A stretch of DNA of 62,571 nucleotides, counting the filler, from Gonapodya sp. JEL0774 (Eukaryota), in NCBI GenBank assembly GCA_027604505.1. It is 25 parts of 25 records of this genome, joined end to end, with 100 filler letters (N's around TTAATTAATTAA, not from the genome) between each part and the next. Parts side by side here need not be neighbours in the genome. Positions count along the whole stretch, not along the records: positions 37,718 to 40,120 come from JADIIX010001946.1; positions 40,221 to 42,618 come from JADIIX010001947.1; positions 42,719 to 45,115 come from JADIIX010001948.1; positions 45,216 to 47,610 come from JADIIX010001949.1; positions 47,711 to 50,105 come from JADIIX010001950.1; positions 50,206 to 52,599 come from JADIIX010001951.1; 19 more parts are not named here. The stretch is one strand, 5' to 3'. The notes under the pieces are model-generated. The model ran no database searches. It was not told the origin of the DNA and was given only the letters and a program-made list of their open reading frames with translations. The position numbers and the translations under genes were made by a program. Numbering within the stretch: the stretch's first letter is position 1; the number at the start of each line of letters is the position of its first letter. This document shows, piece after piece, positions 38,566 through 50,906 of the stretch.

Positions 38566-39089
38566 CGTCGGGGGCGCGCGAAGTCTTTTGGCGAGGGCAG
38601 TCGATGAAACGCCGGAAACAAGGGTGAAACGGAAGTAGGACTCTATGAATGTTGAGCAAGAGCGCTGCGAGACTTTCGTAATGAAACTGAACTGGGGCGT
38701 TTGACTCCTTGTGTGTGCTGCACTTATTAGTGGATTCTAAGGAGTCTCGCTAACTCCTGCTGAGCAGCCTTCAAAGCACAGCGCCAGTATGTCGCACACG
38801 TATTTCATAGAATACATAAGGTTAAGTCATTTTCTATGTATGGTTTGAACAAAATGGTTTCCTTGAGTCTGTGATTATCACCTGTTCGCGCTCCCGGCGC
38901 CGTAAGTCCAATTTAGAATTTGAGAAACTTCTAAGGCGCAAACAAGCTGGTTATGTTGTTTCGGGAATCTTCGGCCCCAATGCGACTTGTGTGTTCTGTC
39001 TGACTTTTCATCTGTGGTCGCCCCCGTGAACTCGGAAACCAGTCTGCAAGAACACATACAAAATAGCATTCTGAGGGAACGAAACCTCT

Positions 39090-40120
39090 CTCGCGAGATC
39101 GTGAACGCAAGTGAGCTCCTTCAAAACCACATTCCTTTCCGCGTGCGACTGTCCACGCTCTGGGCCCTCCGTCGGGTGTCCAGAGGTTTGAAGCGATCTG
39201 TCCATCAGACGTGCTTGCTTCGGTTCAGACACGCCTGTCGTACAACAAAGCATCCCTCACGAGCTGCGTGAAGGATTCTATCTCCTCCTCAAGGTGTTTG
39301 GCCTCCCATTCATGGATCAGACGAAGGAGTTTGGGATTGTCGCAGGACTTTGTCACATATAGGGAGGGCTACAAAGTTCAATGGCCACATAGTGGCGAAT
39401 AACTTGATTAGACTGGGATACAGTCTACGGAAGGACGTAGTTCGGTTTATGGAGCGGGGAGTTCCACTGTTCGATGCTACCCTCCCTGCAATGCCATTGC
39501 TCGGGCAATACTAGAAGCAGGCAAGTGGACTGACCCACCCCACATGCTGCCTGTTTGCGATGGGCGTGGTTATTTCTCTGGATTCAGAGCCGCTGGTGCA
39601 GCCATGTGCAGAAAAACATATTCGGAAACTATCCAACATGCGCAAGTATTCTTGGAGCAATCGGGGAACTCTCGAGAAGCATGACGAATCCTTGGGAGAG
39701 TTGCAGCAACGCATGAGCTACGGTATATAATGTTGATCCCAGTGAATATTGATGACATCATTCTATCGCTGATTCGGGGAAACGCTGGTCAACAACCAGA
39801 TGGTCTCTGTCTGGAAGAGATTGCCGCGGAATTTCGTCGGGGGGAAGCAGCTTACCTCTAAAATTTCCGGAAGAGTGCTTACCTGCATAGCACGTGATAT
39901 TCTCAGTGACGGATATTGCTCAATGAATAAAACAATGATCGTGGACAATTTGCAGTTGAACGAAGATGAAAGACAGACTCTTGTTAAGTCGAGACAGAAG
40001 CAGAGTCAATCGTGTCTGAGGTGCGGCCCTCTGCATTGGACCTCACGGAATCAGACTTTGAGTAGTGCAATATTTGATTATCATCGTCGCAAAACCCAGC
40101 ATGTTGGGTCAAATGGTCCA
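39090..40120 (+). pseudogene. Probable degenerate gene (F-box-like N-terminus)
   Basis: SELLQNHIPFRVRLSTLWALRRVSRGLKRSV resembles an F-box; interrupted by stops and frame changes with no clear splice sites. Confidence 0.3.
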
Positions 40121-41260
40121 NNNNNNNNNNNNNNNNNNNNNNNNNNNNNNNNNNNNNNNNNNNNTTAATTAATTAANNNNNNNNNNNNNNNNNNNNNNNN
40201 NNNNNNNNNNNNNNNNNNNNGAGTTCCACGTTCTCGGAAAAGTCTTTGGTTCTGCGTGCAAGTACGAATGGGCGAGGATGTATGGACAACGAAGAACGTG
40301 GAACAAAATGGTTTTGACCCCTGTTGAGCTAAAGGCCCTGTTCAGTGGCTTAGAGGAGGATCTTCCTTCGTGGGATATGCTCCCGCGAATTTAGTCTCTC
40401 TTCTTGTCAGCCGGCACGCACAACGCGGCAGAGGTAATTTTGGAGCGTGGCACAATTATTACTGAGGACACCCTGAGGAAGGAGGTACTCGGAGATCCGG
40501 ACTTCAGTGGCGATGGAGGCGTGGTGCCTTTCATTGTGAGGGTAGCAGGCACACAGGATAGATTATTTCTGCTGTGTGCTGGAATTGTCAACGTGAGTTG
40601 TGGTTGATAATTTCGCAGTATATTGCTGTGCTGCTCAATGATTTCTTCGTTGCTCGTGATGTTTTCTCCTGATGGGAATGACAGCGTGAGGCTTGCTCGA
40701 AAATCCTTCAACATATCTTCTATAACACCGGCGACAATGAAGGAACGCTTGTTCCATTCCTCGAATCGATAGCCACTAATTCTGCCGATCAAGTTGATCT
40801 CCTCAAACGGATCCAGGATCACCCCAGCCTGGTGAGGATAGTGAAGGACATCGGGAATACCATGAAGCGGAGGGGGAAGAACAAAGCAGCCTTCAGGCCA
40901 TTCTTACACCTCATCAAAGGTGAACGGACGAGGATGCAAGTTGAACAGGAGGTGGGATTGGTTGCATGAGCTGAGTACGGAGATATGCAGAATTACCAGA
41001 ACTGGCATTCCTTGTCTAGCACACGTCGCGACCCATGGTCATTTGATGAGAGCATATACATTAATCAAACTTTCTTGTAGCAGAAATCGCCATGTTGGCA
41101 CATGTACCCGCGTTCCAGAACGTTTGTTAAGTGTGTGCATATAAGTGTGACACTTGATAACCGTGGTCAGAACTCTGAAATCACAGGTATGCGTTTGGGA
41201 CTGTAAGCGATACCCGAATCTCCGTTGGGGTCATCTGAAGAATAGACTGAGATCGTTGCA

Positions 41261-42618
41261 ATGCGCCACCAATTGGGTTCTAAGACTTTCCACCAAATCA
41301 CGAGATGCGACCTGTGCGGGGTGAGTGAGAGTCTGTCCCACAAATGCTCCGCTTGTGGCGCCGCCGTCAGGACTCATGTTATGTGCGCTTTCATGGAGAC
41401 CAGGAGATCCTGTGGGGAATCTACAAGCAGGGTCTCGTGTGCTCTGGTTCGTGATGGTGACGTCAATGTCTGATTCATCGTCATATCGATGCTGATCACT
41501 CTCTTGTATCTCTGTTTCCGCTTGGAATCCTTGGATGAAATGCCCTCGTCAGGTTGCTCGCTCACATGTCACAGCGCTTGTAAATACCTCGTGGCGGACT
41601 TGTCCTGCGAAGCTCAAATCCCGACCAACAAGGAGCTCATGCCTCTCCCTGCGAATGATTCATCAGCAACTCCAAAGGACACACCGGGAGGGTCCAGCTC
41701 ACTGACTGCTCCGAAGACCAAGAGCGAAATTGCAGCGCGCTCAAGTCGTGCATCATCTTTGAGTCGGGAGAGATTTGAACACGTGGACAGCAGAGGAAGA
41801 ACAGACGAGTCTGCGATCGCCAAAGCTTCTTCTCGTTCTGCCTCTACATCGAGTGTGTCGCAAATTGTACCACGTATTTCCACTGGAAGTCCTCAGTCAA
41901 ACGCTGGACTCCGGTTGAGTCCAGATACAGCAACCGTGAACATCAACTCGCTCGTACGCTCCCTCCACCCTGGTCCTTCCCTGGATTTGCTCTCCACATT
42001 TCCCAAAGTTGTGCTCGAGTTCACTCAAAAATGTGGACCTGTGGTGGACTTGGTTGAGGTCATGGTGGATACATTGTGCTGGACAGATGAGACAAGGACG
42101 GCACGAGTGATGGCGGTCATGCTCGTGATTGGTGGGTTTGTCAGCCTCTAAGCCGCTTTGCACATTTTGGAATGGCCTTTGTCATGTGACTCTCCATTTC
42201 AAAACATTCACCGGTTACATGTCCCTGCATCGAAACACCACACCAAACTATGTACTATTCGCCAAGCACTTCGACCCTCCCTTCTTCTCATTATCCCTTC
42301 CCTTCTGATCCTATATACTACTCACAGATATTGGGTGGTTCAAAACGGTTCTACTCCGACGATTCCATCATACACACCTCATAGTGACCAGCCAAATTTT
42401 GGCACGTCGACTGGATCCGAGCCCATTTCCACACAGCGAACCAAGCCTCTCCCAACATCCACCCTGCTATCTTTCCCGTCTACGATAACCACTTCCCTTG
42501 TTCCCACCTCAACCTCACGATCCACCGGCCTTGCCCAATCTGTGATGACGCGTGTTCAGCAACACCTACAGGCTATTTTTACAGAAATTATCGCCAAGCA
42601 ACCCGCCTCAATTGTAGC
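41261..42618 (+). CDS. C1 (DAG/phorbol-ester-type zinc) domain protein with a Pex23/24-like membrane region, 3' truncated
   Basis: HQLGSKTFHQITRCDLCG ... CSLTCHSACKYLVADLSC (C1 Cys/His pattern, split by introns); later GPVVDLVEVMVDTLCWTDETRTARVMAVMLVI plus a hydrophobic segment. Confidence 0.6.
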
Positions 42619-43151
42619 NNNNNNNNNNNNNNNNNNNNNNNNNNNNNNNNNNNNNNNNNNNNTTAATTAATTAANNNNNNNNNNNNNNNNNNNNNNNNNN
42701 NNNNNNNNNNNNNNNNNNATTTATGAGTCATTTCAGCTGAAAGGGAAGTATACAAATGCTTTAAACCAGCTAGTTTAGTCAGAAGGCCTCAATACAATGG
42801 AGTGTGAGGAATAGAATGCCAAAGGTAATGATAAAATCACTTACTATCATTTCTAGTAGGTCTCTGAAAGTGAGAAGTCCCACGTGATCGAAGAAAGTGA
42901 ACCACAAGTGGGTAAACATCAAGAGTCACAGTGGACTTCTTCTGGCTAAAAAGCTTTGCAGTAAATGAACCAAAACCTTGCCCAAGCTGGCTTAGAAGAG
43001 GCTTCATAGAAACTACTTAGAAAGTGGTGGCAGGGGTGCTTGGATTAGCTTTGCACACAACAATTGAAGGAACTGGGACAAATGAAAACATAGTTACAAA
43101 CAAGAGCAGCCAAAATAAGAAAGGCACCAGTCACCATACAACTAACAAAGC

Positions 43152-43167
43152 TTAGGGTTAGGGTTAG
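43152..43167 (+). repeat. Interstitial telomeric repeat (TTAGGG)2-TTAG
   Basis: TTAGGGTTAGGGTTAG lies exactly at the boundary between AT-rich CpG-poor DNA and the GC-rich LINE. Confidence 0.75.
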
Positions 43168-43181
43168 CCCAGGCGGCGACG

Positions 43182-43631
43182 ATGATCCCTGGGGGGACGG
43201 TGGAAATGATTGTGGGGACGGAAGACGAACATGCGGTGGTCGACACAGCACACAAGTTCGGCTTCACCATCGACGAAAAGGCGGATCCATTCGCCCCGCC
43301 GAAATTCTCGCGAATGTCACACGAACAGGCGAAGATTATCACAGCGAGGAGAACTGCGGATTTATGCAGGATGTCTTGGTCGAGGGAATTCCAGGAGACT
43401 GTGCTGGAGGGGATCACCGAAGAGATGCGGAATCTTGTACTCATTGAGTACAGGAAATTCGTACGAAATGAATTCGCGAAACTCGGGCACTGGGGACGGT
43501 CGTATTGGAAGGGCAAGGAGGTGAGCGGGGTCGGAGGTGCGGCGGCGGCACATATAGTGGTCGACACACTCACCGACCAAAATGGGGACGTCGACATGGG
43601 AACTTCAGGCCTGGGCTTAGCCCGCGCATGA
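43182..43631 (+). CDS. LINE ORF1 (C-terminal part)
   Basis: 149-aa ORF whose TGA overlaps the ORF2 ATG; no CCHC knuckle seen. Confidence 0.65.
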   Translation: MIPGGTVEMIVGTEDEHAVVDTAHKFGFTIDEKADPFAPPKFSRMSHEQAKIITARRTADLCRMSWSREFQETVLEGITEEMRNLVLIEYRKFVRNEFAKLGHWGRSYWKGKEVSGVGGAAAAHIVVDTLTDQNGDVDMGTSGLGLARA

Positions 43632-45115
43632 AGTTCCTCATGGCAAATGTGGAAGGGCTCACGGGCAAGGCGAAGGTGGTCAGTAAGACCGCCCGTGAGC
43701 ATGAAGTGGATGTCTCGCTTCTCTGCGAGACATGGTTATCTCCATCGGCAAACCCCCCCCTTGGACAATCGATTTCGAATATTACAAATGAAAGAAAAGG
43801 CTATCGGCCCGGGGGGAAGAAATTCGACCGCGGGATCTTGGTGACGGCGTGGAATGCGGCGGCAATGGGAGCGAGCAGGGAAATGGGACTGGAGATAGGC
43901 AAACGGGCCGTAGTTCTGGATCTCAACGGGACAATCGTGATTTTTGCATATATCCCCCCATCGGACCCGGATCAGCTCATTGTGGACTTGGTGCGGGTGG
44001 GAGAGAAATGGGCCGGCGGATCGGGTGCGGCGCCTGGCCGGGATGTTCTTATATGTGGGGACCTCAACGCTCGCTCAGAGGAACTTTCTGGAGATACGAC
44101 GACTAACAGGAGGGGGACAATGCTGGAGGAGTCATTGGACCACTCGGTTTTCTCAGTGGTCAAACCGGTGGAGGGGAAATGGACCTCTTTTGGGAGGAGA
44201 GGGGGCAAAGGAATCCCGGACATTCTTCTCTCAACATTTCCAATCACGGATATGCGAGTACATGAACAGGAATCTCTTGGGGGCAGTGACCACGCCCCCA
44301 TTACATTCTCTATTGACCGGGGACCACCTCTACTGGACAAACATATCAGACGATGGAATATTCGGAAATTGCAACGTCCCAAGGCGAGGAAACGTTACGT
44401 CGAGGCGCTGGAGGCGGATTCGGAATTGGGAGAGTTGAAGGCGAGATGTGAAGCTGTGGAGTGGGCACTCACCCGTGCCGGTGGCCTGACCGATTGTCAA
44501 CCACACATCGACAACCTCGCCTCCACACTCTACGATGCCATCAAAAACGCCGCGGAAAAGTTGATCGGATATATGGAGTGGGCGAATAGGATCGCCGAGG
44601 ATTTCGAAGATGATGTGCATCTCGCTCATGACCTACGTGAGTTGGAAGAGGCGGTGAGGAAGGCCCGGCGGTCAGCGCTGGACAACGAGGCGCCATCCGC
44701 GTCGCGAAAGCTGCAGGCTGAGGCGGCGAAGAAGGCCGGAACATATAGGGCGGGCGCGCTGAAAAAGCGCGCCTCGCTGTTCCAGTCGTACTTCGACGAC
44801 TTGGCCAGCGAAAACGCGAGCGGGTTTCTCCGCGCGGTGAAGGGAATCAAGAAGAGGAGAGACAAGAGTGGATGCGTGCTGGACCCGGGGAAGATGGACG
44901 AGCACTTGGATTATTTCAGGACGACATGGGGGGGGGAACCGACCGGAATGGAGACCGAAACACCACGAGGACCACCCCGCCTCGCTCCAGACCCCGACCT
45001 CGATGACCTCGTCAACAGTTCGAGGGTCGCAGCGCAGATGAAGTGGATGCCGAAGGGAAAGGCGTGCGGACCGGACGGGATACCAGCGGAATTTTACCAA
45101 ACCGGAGCAGGAGTC
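43628..45115 (+). CDS. LINE ORF2: AP-like endonuclease + linker + start of reverse transcriptase
   Basis: MKFLMANVEGL, LCETW, AYIPP, CGDLNA, WTSF...IPDILL, GSDH (APE catalytic motifs); RWNIRKL; KGKACGPDGIPAEFY (pre-RT motif); no stop codons. Confidence 0.93.
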
Positions 45116-45215
45116 NNNNNNNNNNNNNNNNNNNNNNNNNNNNNNNNNNNNNNNNNNNNTTAATTAATTAANNNNNNNNNNNNNNNNNNNNNNNNNNNNN
45201 NNNNNNNNNNNNNNN

Positions 45216-46581
45216 AGTAGTTCCGACTCGTCCACATCCGCCGCGAATGCATCCAATTTCGGTCCGATCTCTTCAAACCCATCCGCTTCAGACGCCACCC
45301 GCACCACTGCGTTTGGGTTATTCCCGCTCGGAGCTCTTCTGAATCACTCTTGCGCTCCGAATTGCATTTTCGGGGTCGCACCCGGAGGCTCAGTGGTGTT
45401 CCAAACAATCCGCGAGGTCCGGGAGGGAGAAGAACTCACAGTCAGGTGAGTTTCAAACCGGGCTCCTTTCAAAATCGGCTCTTGAGCTCCACTTTCTGGA
45501 AATTTATGACTCTAATAGATCATCGTATTTCATGCATCTCCACTCTTCCGCATATTTTGTCAACCAGCTACATCCCACTCGATCAACCTACACCCATCCG
45601 ACGAGGTCTTTTGCTGACAACGAAGCATTTCTGGTGCACCTGTAACCGATGTGATTCCTTCGATGATGTGAAGGAAGAATTTGAGCGTGAGGCGGCCGTG
45701 CATTGCCGGAAGAAGTGGGGAAGTGTAGATGGTGGCGACTCCTGTAAGGACGCAGCGCAATGTCATGGACACTATATTCCTGTGGATGATTCCAAAGGAG
45801 GATACGATGAGGTCATGCACTTGATTCTCGCCCACGTCCTCCCACAATCGCCATTCACCCCGTCCCTTGCCCTTCCAACCAATGCAAAGCTCGAATGTTC
45901 GGTTTGCAAGTCGCCCATGCCTCTAAATCTTGTGCAGGAACATTTGCATGCGATTGCAACTGCTTATTCCATGGCAGATGACGTCGCAAGCACGACCCCT
46001 ACTTACGCCAACCTCTGCTTCCAACAAGCTGCATGGAACCGCGTTCTGACTACTTCCGCTGGTGTTTTGAATCCATTTAATTTCATCCGTCGCCGTGCTC
46101 ACATAGAGCTCGTGGGCGTAAGCTTGATGCTTGCGGATCTTGAAGCAGCGAGGGAACATGCGGTAACTGTGGTGGGCGGGTACGAAACAATGAAAAATGT
46201 ATATGGAATCATGCACCCGGATATTACAGAAGCACTGGAAAGAGCTGGCGAGGTGGAAAGAGTGAGTGGCTCCAGTATCTTTGATCGTGGGGGACCGAGG
46301 AGCCCGTCTTGTGAGACTCACTCCGTGGATATTCGCACGCTTTTATTCCCCTTGCCACAATCGTTCTTTTAAAGGTCCTCGCGCACTCTCTCCGAAATCG
46401 AAACCTTCCATCCACTACTCTGTTTACCTCCGCCCTCAAACATTTGAAGCGTGCCTTGGATGCGTATGGGAACATGTATGGCGGTGCTGCCTCCGTCTTC
46501 GGCAGCGGCGACTTCAGGATAATACGGTGTAAAAGTACTTTGGAAGAGTTGTTGAAGGAGTTTTGTGATGAGAAGCCTTGA
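45216..46581 (+). CDS. SET-domain (SMYD-type) lysine methyltransferase, 5' truncated
   Basis: FGLFPLGALLNHSCAPNC...IREVREGEELTV|SYIPL...RRGLLLTTKHFWCTCNRC, followed by a TPR-like helical C-terminus. Confidence 0.9.
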
Positions 46582-46716
46582 CATGATTGTACGCACTGGC
46601 GAAATGTGAAGGTCAGCAAAACTGATACCCACAAGAACCTGCAAATCGAAGTTTTCAAGGCGCCAAAGTCAAGCAAAAGCGCGTGCGCCATTCAATCGCT
46701 TGCGTTACCTTGCCTC

Positions 46717-47610
46717 ATGGCCCATCGACTCTTTGCGGCCTTTTTGGTGTTCATATTTGCGCTCGCCGGATCTTGTTCAGCTGCTGACCTCGCCAGCTCT
46801 ATCTACCAGGCTCTGGATTTTTCTCCTTGTACGCGATTGCTGAATGCGTCCGGTCCTATTGGCTGCCAAAGTAGGCGAGGTGCAGTACGGAATGATCGAT
46901 CCGTGAATTAACCACGCCTTCTTCGTCCCGCGGCTCAGATTTTGGGGCTTCTGGTGTGCTTTACGGAATAAACGTGCAAGCTGATGTTGCAACTTTCGTA
47001 TCCGGTGCTCCAAACGACAATTTTGTCGTGGTCATGCCGATGGAGTTGCTGACCCCGTAAGTGAGAGTTTTAAAACTCTCCTACACCTCCAAAAGTACAC
47101 TCACGGCTTCGAAAAACGGGTTTCCTTAGCTCTAATCTTCAGGCTATGCGGGAAACTGGCAAGCTAGGAGGAGTTGTGGTCACGCCGGGCACCGGGATAT
47201 CACCAACTTCGTATTCACCTTTCGACCAGACCCCATCCGCTTCTGGATTCCTCTGGAACCCCAATGGTAGTGGAATAAGCTTTCAAAGCATCGATATCCC
47301 TATCTACGCTGCATTCCCTATTTCCGACTCCGCGAACAAGAGCTTACTTGCTGTGCAGGAAGCCGTTGCTTACAACTCAGCCCGAAGCTACAATCAATAT
47401 CCACTGCTGTCGGGAGACTTTGATGGCCTCATGTACGCGCAGCAGGATAGTGCGACGTGTTTGCGAAGAGGTGATTTAACCTCCCCCGCAATGATTTCAT
47501 CTCACACAACTGGACTTGGGAATACTGTTTTCCCCCCCAGGCACTTGCGACCCTGTCGGTTCGGTGTCGATTTGGTCTTCTCATTCATCTGTCATTTCAA
47601 GCACGGATGG
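46717..47610 (+). CDS. NCSTN: Nicastrin (gamma-secretase subunit), 3' truncated
   Basis: Signal peptide; PCTRLLNASGPIGCQ; YSP...WNPNGSGI...DIPIY; DSATCLRR|GTCDPVGSVSIWS match nicastrin small-lobe motifs. Confidence 0.9.
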
Positions 47611-47710
47611 NNNNNNNNNNNNNNNNNNNNNNNNNNNNNNNNNNNNNNNNNNNNTTAATTAATTAANNNNNNNNNNNNNNNNNNNNNNNNNNNNNNNNNN
47701 NNNNNNNNNN

Positions 47711-48685
47711 ATCCTTCTTTCGTCCATCAACCTGAGTTTGCAGCTTATTTACATCGCCCATAACTTGGGCGTATTCATTTCTCGTCCTGTCGATGTGCTC
47801 GTCCCGTTCGCGCATGGTCCGGACCGCGTCCTCCCACTTGGCGAGCAAGGACGCCCTTTCGGCGTGCATGGCGAGAAAGGAATCAGTCGCACGGTCGAGC
47901 TCAAGTTGAGTCGCTTGAGTTTCGGTGACTTCTGTCTCAAGACGGCTCCGAACACGATTCACCGAGTCGGCAGCTCGGTCAATGTCTCGGAGGAGGTCCT
48001 TGACTCGAGCAGCGTCAGCTTGCGTGTACTGTTGAAGGGCAAGAAGGTCCGCTTGCTTTTCTTTCGTAGTGGCTATCCAGGCAGAGAGGTTGTCCGAGTC
48101 CAGGTGCAGAGAAGCCCGATGGTGAGAGATGCGCTCAGTGGTGGTGTGGATCTGAGCTTGCAGTGTCGCAAGCTAGTGGCGATTCACAGAGTAGTGGGGC
48201 AGAAGTAGTGAAATATTCAGTTATCGAAAGTCCGCCTTCAAAGCTGAGACAAGACATCGACGCGAACCTGTTCAGCTCCTTGTGCCATCTCCTTCTCCAT
48301 TCTCCGAATATCAGAGGCCAATCGACCAGCCTCACGATCTGCTATCTGGCGCATGTGATTTTCCGTCTCTATTTCGCGACTTCGCGCTTCGAACAGGTGC
48401 TTTAGATGGGTATGATTAAAAGGTCAGCTCCATTGAAATGCTAGATTTCGATTCTCGCCACCCATCAAAGAACACCAATCACACCTGGGAGAGATCAATC
48501 TCTTGCTGAACGTTCCGCATGTGCGAGAGCATCGCGTCCCCTCTGTTCGTGTTGTCGTCAAGTTCCGCGACAACCGCGTTCAGCTCTTGTTGCTTTTGGC
48601 GGATCAGGTCCGCCAGCTTGCGGTTCTCTTCATTGGCGAAGGGAGGCAGCGACAAGATGTCGTCGGATTCGTCGAATGAGAGCAT
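47711..48685 (-). CDS. CCDC39: Coiled-coil domain-containing protein 39 (axonemal ruler, FAP59), 3' truncated
   Basis: LPPFANEENRKL...MLSHMRNVQQEI...ETEVTETQATQLELDRATDSFLAMHAERASLLAKWEDAVRTMRERD. Confidence 0.92.
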
Positions 48686-49428
48686 CGTGGTTGAGGATGG
48701 AATGCTGTTGCAAGGTTGTGCAGTTTACAAATAATTCCTTCACACACCTCATGATCCTTCAATCCGCAGACAATCAGGGAAGACTTCATGGGAACAGACG
48801 GGAAAGGGCGAAACATGTGACGAATTTTTTTTTTATTTGCTACTTCTGAATTGGCACTCTTTCAAGTTGGTACTGCTGACTGAGGAAGGATTCGTCAGAT
48901 GCACGACCTGTACTCGCTACCGTTTGACTAGAGTCATGTCAGTGATCAGTAAACTGTAGTACGATCTCTGCACGTATTTTAACTGACCGTTCTCCCACTG
49001 GCTGTAATACATACTGCATAATATACAGATGTGCATACACGTACAATAGGAAACACTATACACCGAACAGTAAACTGATGAAAGAATTGGAGGCAGTTTA
49101 CTTTAGTGCTCTGGCGAAGAAGTGCCGGATAAGGAGCGCCTTTCGCCTGCAGTGCTGGTCAGGCCTTGCAACCAGAACGGAGCAGCATTACCCAGAGTAA
49201 GCACCTTCGAAAATTCCAATGAGTACGAACAGATAGCAGGACTTTCCATGGCAACATAAAGAGAGATAAGGTGATCTTCCAAAAGGGGAACATATTTGCT
49301 CATATTATTTTGTGAACTGTTTTTGATCAGCCACGTGAGGCCCTTTGTTTGAGGGGTCAACAACAATGGGGTTGGAAGGCGCTCTTCAAACTGAGGGCAG
49401 CCATTTTCTTTCGGCACTTCTCGTCTGA

Positions 49429-50105
<677 letters not shown>

Positions 50106-50205
50106 NNNNNNNNNNNNNNNNNNNNNNNNNNNNNNNNNNNNNNNNNNNNTTAATTAATTAANNNNNNNNNNNNNNNNNNNNNNNNNNNNNNNNNNNNNNN
50201 NNNNN

Positions 50206-50537
50206 ACGTTACGAAAATGTCCACCGAGCACATGTTGGAACGTCCGTTTTCCAATCGCAGTATCATCCAAGGTGATCTCTACCACTTGATTGCAGAAGTC
50301 GTACAGATCTCCCCCGAAGCTAAAGTCAGCAAGTCCACGCACGGTCAATTCAAACATATCATCATCTAGAGGTTTCTTCCCCGACAGGTCGAGATGGTGT
50401 TCGGTCCATGCCAGTTTCCTCTGGAAAACTTTTCTCAACTGCTGACAGGTCTGGCCCATCCTCACAATGCTGCGTGTAGGAAGCAAATAGGAAATCTCTA
50501 AGAGCATCTCCAGTGGAAGCGAGTGGAGAGATGCCAT
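50206..50537 (-). CDS. F-box (probably LRR) protein N-terminus
   Basis: MASLHSLPLEMLLEISYLLPTRSIVRMGQTCQQLR F-box consensus; LDLSG. Confidence 0.8.
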
Positions 50538-50906
50538 TGCGATTGGAGGTCGAGTGTCGTGGGATATGGAACTGTCCCGACGGCTACAGCCTCCGGGTGC
50601 GAGTCCACACAGCAACCTCACAGTGATACCAGATAAGAAACTAAATTGCGAACTTCTCGCAAAGATTACTTGGGTGTTTGAAGGGACTAGCTTAAAGGTC
50701 GATCAATAACGTTCTAGCTGACTGCAATTATTAGAACGTAGTCGGTTACTAGTAGACGACAGATCCTTTATGCAATTCTTTGCTTTCTGTTGATCTCCGG
50801 GGAGTGAATGCGTAGTGTGTCGTGCCGTTGATTCAGAACAGATATGATCTATAAATCATTACTTGCTTACAAATTAATTCTGGAAAACTTTCACTTGCAT
50901 CCAGCA

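Larger units (their letters stand above)
43168..45115 (+). mobile_element. Non-LTR retrotransposon (LINE, APE-endonuclease type), apparently 5' truncated in ORF1 and cut by the contig end
   Basis: Intronless GC-rich ORF1 remnant followed by ORF2 carrying an AP-endonuclease and the start of reverse transcriptase. Confidence 0.93.

Noticed and set aside
43505..43627. N-terminal extension of LINE ORF2 in the ORF track
   Set aside because: It starts at a TTG inside ORF1; the endonuclease domain begins at the ATG at 43628.
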